The translations under genes were made by a program, and so were the position numbers. From NCBI RefSeq assembly GCF_009914755.1, contig NC_060942.1: a DNA stretch of 64,000 bases; one strand, given 5' to 3'. Positions 58,600 through 64,000 of this stretch are shown here, piece by piece (the first letter of the stretch is position 1; each line of letters begins with the position of its first letter). Source of the stretch: the human T2T-CHM13v2.0 reference genome, Homo sapiens. The notes under the pieces were generated by a model. It searched no databases. It was not told where the DNA came from and saw nothing but the letters and a program-made list of their open reading frames with translations.

Positions 58600-60009
58600 A
58601 TGTATATATGCAAAATGAAGATCTTATTTTACACAATACATAAAAATCAATTCAAAATAGATTGAAGACTTAAATATAAGACCTGAAACTGTAAAACTGG
58701 TAGAAGAAAATGTAAGGGAAAAGTGTCTTCACATTGGTCTTGACAATGATTTTTTTGGATTTGACACTGAAAGCACAGGCAATGAAAGCAAAAATAAATA
58801 AGTGGGATTACCTCAAACCAAAAAACTTCTACACGGCAAAGGAAATCAATCACCAAAATCAAGCGATGACCTATGAAATGGGAGAAAATATTGGCAAACC
58901 ATACATTTGATAAGGGGCTAATATACAAAATATATAAGCAACTCATATAATTCAACTACAAAAAAAATTTAAAAACCTGATATTAAATTGGGCAAAGGTC
59001 TTGAACAGACATTTATCCAAAGAAGATATACAAATATCCAACAAGTATAGAAAAAGGTGCTCAGCATTACTAATCATCAAGGAAATACAAATAAAAACCA
59101 CAATGAGATATCACTTCACACTGTCAGGATGGCTACTACATAATTTAGAAAAAATAATAAATATTGGCAAATATGTGGAGAAAAGGGAACCCTTGTATAC
59201 AATTGGTGGGAATGTATGAAAAGCAGCATGGCTACTCCTCAAAATACTAAAAATATGACTACCATATGATCCAGCAATCCCACATCTGGGCATATATTTA
59301 AAGGAACTAAAATCAGTATCCAAAGAAATATTTGTACTCCCATATTCACTGCAGCAATATTCACAATAGCCAAGATGTGGAAACAACCTAAATTTCTACT
59401 GACAGTTGAAGCGATAAAGAAAATGTGGTACACATATACAATGCAGCATTACTCAGCCTTTAAAAAGAAGGAAATCCTGCCATTTGCAACAACATGGATG
59501 GATCCAGAGGGCATTACATAAAGTGGAATAAGCCAAACAGATGATAAATCCTGTATGATCTCTTTATATGTGAGATCCAAAATACTTAAATTTGCAGAAA
59601 CAGAGGGTGAAATGATGGTGCCGGGAGCTGAGGAAAGGGGGAAATTGGGAGGTGATGGATAAAGGGTACAAAGTTTTAGTTATGTAGGATAAATTAGTCC
59701 TGAAAACCTACCATACAGTATAGTAGCATTAGCTACTATAACTAACAATACTGTATTGTATGGTTAAAGTCTGTTAAGAGGGTAGATCTTATGTTAAGTG
59801 TTCTTACCCCCAAAAAAGAAGAAAAACATAATAATAATTTAAAAAGAGAGTAAGAGAAAATTTAGGGAGGTGATGGCTATGTTTATGGCCTTTATAGTGA
59901 TAATGTTTTCATAGTTGTATATATTCTCCAAACTCATCAAGATATAATATATATATATCTTTTTATATGTCAATCATACCTCAATATTCTAAAATTAATT
60001 AATTAATTA

Positions 60010-62465
60010 AAACATGGGAGGAAAATATATGACTTCAACAGATACAAAAAACCAACTGACATAAATTAACACCAATTCATAACTTTTTAAAAAAAAAACT
60101 GTTATGAAACAGAAATAGACAAGAACCACCTAATTCTGATAAAGAGTATCTATCATAGATCTGCAGCAAACATCATACATGATGGTGAATTATTGACAGC
60201 TTTTCTTCTGAGTTGGAAATTATGTGGATGCCCGCTATCATCACTTCTATTAATATTACACTAGATGTCCTAACTAGTGTAATGATGCAAGAAAAATAGA
60301 AAAACAATCATAAGGATTGGAAGGGGAAAAAAAAGAAAATTCTAAACACTTCCAGACAACAGGATCTGAACACAAAAAAATTAAATTGACTAACTACCAG
60401 AAATAAGAGAATTTACCAAAATTAATAAATACAAGATCCATACAAAGAGTCAATCTTGTTTCCATATATCAGCAACAAAAAATAAAATTTGAAAATGCCA
60501 TTTACAATAGCATTGATTCCTATTAAAGACCTAATACTAAATCTAACAAAAGATGAATGAGAACTTTAAACTGAAAACTATATAGAACATTATTAAGAAA
60601 AAATTTTAAACACCAAAGTAAATGAAAAAAATACCATATATATGGATTAGAAGATTCAGTACAGTAAAGGTGACAATTATGCCCAAACTGACCTGCTAAA
60701 AATCCTAATAAGTATAGAGGGATTTTTAAAGAAATTGGTTAGATTGATCCTAACAGTTATATGGAAATACAAATATGAGAAGAAGAAGAACAAATCTAGA
60801 TGGCTTGCACTACCAGATAGCATGATATTACAAAGTTCTAATAATTACAACAGCATGACCCCAACAGAAAGATAAACAGGCACCAATGAAACAGATTAGA
60901 AAGTTCAGAAACAGATACATAATTTTAAATAAGGAAATACAATAGGGAATGTGATTGAAAAAGATGATCTTGAATGAATAGTACTGGGGCCAATATAACC
61001 CATACACCAAAAGGAAGTCCAGATGCATTGTAGATCTAAATGTTAAAAAGTACAGCAACAAAGCTTAGAGAAAAAAACAAAACTGGCAAATATCTTCATG
61101 GCCTTAGGTAACAATTACTTGAATAATATACAAAAAGGTACCAACCAAAAAATAAAAAAGTATATACACCAGAGTACATTAAAATTATGACCATCTGTTC
61201 ATTAAGAGGCTCCATTAAGAAAGTGAAAAGGCAATCCAAAAAGTAGGAAAATGTATCTGCAACACATTGGTCACATGGACACTCATCCAGAAAATATCAA
61301 GAAATCCTACAAATTGACGATGATAGCAAATAACCCGTAGAGAAATGGGCAAAAGCTTTGAATGGGAACTTGACAAAAGAAAGCATGCAAGTGGCCAGTA
61401 AACATTTGAAAAGATGCTTAACTTCAGTTTTCAACAGGAAAATTCTAATTAAAACTACAAAGTTACACCATTACACAGCCACCAAAATGGTTAAAATGAA
61501 CAACACCAAGTGCTAGACAGAAGAAGCAATTAAAACTCTCGTTAACTACTACAGTGCAGTTGTCATGTAAATTAGAACAACCACTTCAGAAAACCATTTG
61601 GAAGTAACTATTACAACTGAACATAAACATATCCTATGACCTAACAATTCTACTCCTAGCTGTTAACTCAACAAATGTATTCACCAAAAGACATATATAA
61701 TAATGTCCACAGCAGCATCATTCTTAATATTCCAAACTGGAAATAATCAAAACATCCATTTATAGTAGAATGAATAAGTAATGTGTGGTGTATTCATACA
61801 ATAAAATACTACAGAAAAAATTTTTAAACTACTGCTATATAGAATAGTGCCACTGAATCTTAGAGACATTATGCTAAACAAAAGAAGCCAAACACGAAAG
61901 AATACACACTGGCTTGGTGCGGTGACTCATGTCTATAATCAAAGCACTTCGGGAGGCCGAGGTGGGAGGATCGCTTGAGGCCAGATCGAGACCAGCCCGA
62001 GCAACACATTGAGAACCTGTCTCCCCTAAAACAGTGAATAAATTAGCTAGGTGTGGTGGCATGCACCTAGCTACTTGGGAGGCTGAGGCAGGAGAATCAC
62101 TTGAGCTCAGGGGATTGAGGCTGCAGTGAGTTGTGATTGCACCACTGTACTCCAACCTGGGTGACAGAATGAGACCCTGTTTCAAAAAAGAAAAAAAAAG
62201 AATACACACTGATTTGACTGATATAAGCTCAAGAATATGCAAATCCAACTGAGGGAGAGTAATCACCTGTGGTGGGAGGGGCTTTGGGAGCAGTCACTGG
62301 AAGGAGCAAGAAGGGAGAAGGCTTCTAGGGTCCTACTAATGTAATGTTTCTTGATCTGAATGCTGGTTTTCCAGATGTGTTCACTTCATAAAAAAAATAA
62401 ATAAAATCCACTACACTGTATTCTTACATTATACATACATTTGTGTATGTCATAGTTTAATAAAA
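60010..62465 (+). mobile_element. Ancient L1M, 3' part (rest of ORF2 plus L1ME-like 3'UTR)
   Basis: GCAGCAAACATCATACATGATGGTGAA...GAAATGGGCAAAAGCTTTGAATGGG...TTTCTTGATCTGAATGCTGG. Confidence 0.65.
61911..62196 (+). mobile_element. AluJ
   Basis: J-type dimer with a 14-bp TSD AAAGAATACACACT. Confidence 0.9.
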
Positions 62466-62487
62466 AGCTTACTTAAGTTTGAGTCCA

Positions 62488-64000
62488 CAAATGGCATTGA
62501 GAAAACTGGATATTCACATGCAAAATAATGGAGCTGGTCCTTTACCTTACACCATATACAAAAATTAGTTTAAAATGAACAAAAGACCTAAACATAATAG
62601 CTGAAACTATAAAACTCCTAGAAGAAAACATAAGTGAAAACCCTCACGGCATTGGATTTGGCAACAACAATGATGTCAAAAACGCAAGCAACCAAAGAAT
62701 AAGTAAATAAATTTGACTCCATCAAAGCTGAAAACGTTTGTGCATAAGAGAACAATACCAAGAGAGTGGAAGGCAATCCACCGAATGGGAGAAAATATTT
62801 GCAAATCATGTATCTCATAAGGGATTAATATCCAGAATATATAAAGAACTCATAATCTCAACAACAAAATACAAATGACTCAGTTGAAAAATGGGCAAAG
62901 AACTTGAACAGACATTTCTCCAAAGAGGATATTCTAATAGCCAATAATCATGAAAAAATACAAATCAAAACCACAATGAGATACCACTTTACACATAGGA
63001 TGGCTAATATAAAAAAGAAAAAAAAAAACGGAAAACAAAAAGTGTTGATAAAGATGTGGAGAAGTGAATACCCTGTGCATTGCAAGTGGGAATGTAAAAT
63101 GGTACAGCCACTATAGAAAACGGTATGGTGGTTCCTAAAATAATAAAGCATAGAGTTACCATATGACATAGCAATTTCACTTCTAGGTATAAACTGAAAA
63201 GAAGTGAAAGCAGGGACCCAAACAGAAATTAGTGCACCAATGTAAATGGCAACATTATTCACAATAGCCAAAGAGTAGAAACAACCTACATGTCCATTAT
63301 GGATGAATCGATAAAGAAAATGTAGTATAAACATACAATGGAATATTATTCAGCCTTAAAAAATGAAATTCTAGGCCAGGCACAGTGGCTCATGCCTGAA
63401 ATCCCAGCACTTTGGGAGGCTAAAGCGGACAGATCACCTGAGGTCAGGAGTTCAAGACCAGCCTAGCCAACATGGTGAAACCCCATCTCTCCTAAAAATA
63501 TTTTTAAAAATTAGCCAAGTGTGGTGGCACGCACCTGTAATCCCAGCTACTCAAGAGGCTGAGGCAGAAGAATCACTTGAACGAGGGAGGCGGAGGTTGC
63601 AGTGAGCCAAAATCACGCCACTGCACTCCAGCCTGGGAGATGCAGCGAGACTCCATCTCGAAAAAAGCGCATACTACAACATAAATGAATCTTGAAAACA
63701 TTATGCTAAGCAAAATAAGCCAGATACTAAAGAACAAATATTGTATTATTCCACTTATATGAGGTACCTAGAATTGTCAAATTCATAAAGACGGAAAGTA
63801 GAATGGTAGCTACCAGGGTCTGGGGGAGAAGGCAATGGGGATTGATTGTTTACTGAATACAGAATTGCAGTTTGGGATGACAAAAAAGTTCTGGAGGTGG
63901 ATGGTAGTGGTGGCTGCACAACAATGTGAATGTGCTTAATGCCACTGAGTGATCACTGAAAATGGTTAAGTAAATTTTGTATTATGTATATTATACCGCA
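62488..64000 (+). mobile_element. L1MB-like 3' fragment
   Basis: ORF2 C-terminal motifs plus GTTTGGGATGACAAAAAAGTTCTGGAGGTGGATGGTAGTGG, an L1MB-type 3'UTR. Confidence 0.75.
63374..63667 (+). mobile_element. AluS (Sx-like), short tail
   Basis: Full Alu dimer with a tail of only 6 A. Confidence 0.88.

Overview
Primate (most likely human) genomic DNA, AT-rich and very repeat-dense. The only host gene I can support is L3MBTL4 on the minus strand, recognised from memory of its N-terminus MKQPNRKRKLNMDSKERLDQDGRL/EQAEEEKKPKDSTTPLSH. Three exons are visible, all with GT-AG sites: a 59-nt 5'UTR exon (24466-24524), a 103-nt start-codon exon (24022-24124) and a 55-nt coding exon (14372-14426). I call them exons 2, 3 and 4 because the 5'UTR exon has an acceptor and no promoter or first exon is visible. 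The rest is intron, filled with an ERV1 remnant plus 3' LTR, MaLR and ERVL LTRs, two near-full-length old L1s plus many L1 fragments, about 18 Alus, MIR/L2, DNA-transposon fossils and microsatellites. Nearly all ORFs in the supplied track are repeat-derived. The best leads are in the exon 2-4 module. (i) A 36-codon upstream ORF overlaps the main ATG and stops 1 nt before an optimal-context in-frame Met12, which lies downstream of a basic NLS-like motif. (ii) Back-splicing exon 4 to exon 2 would give a 217-nt circle that fuses the main frame to that uORF frame, producing an 82-aa ORF longer than the circle. Repeat subfamily names are pattern-recognition calls and need RepeatMasker/Dfam confirmation.
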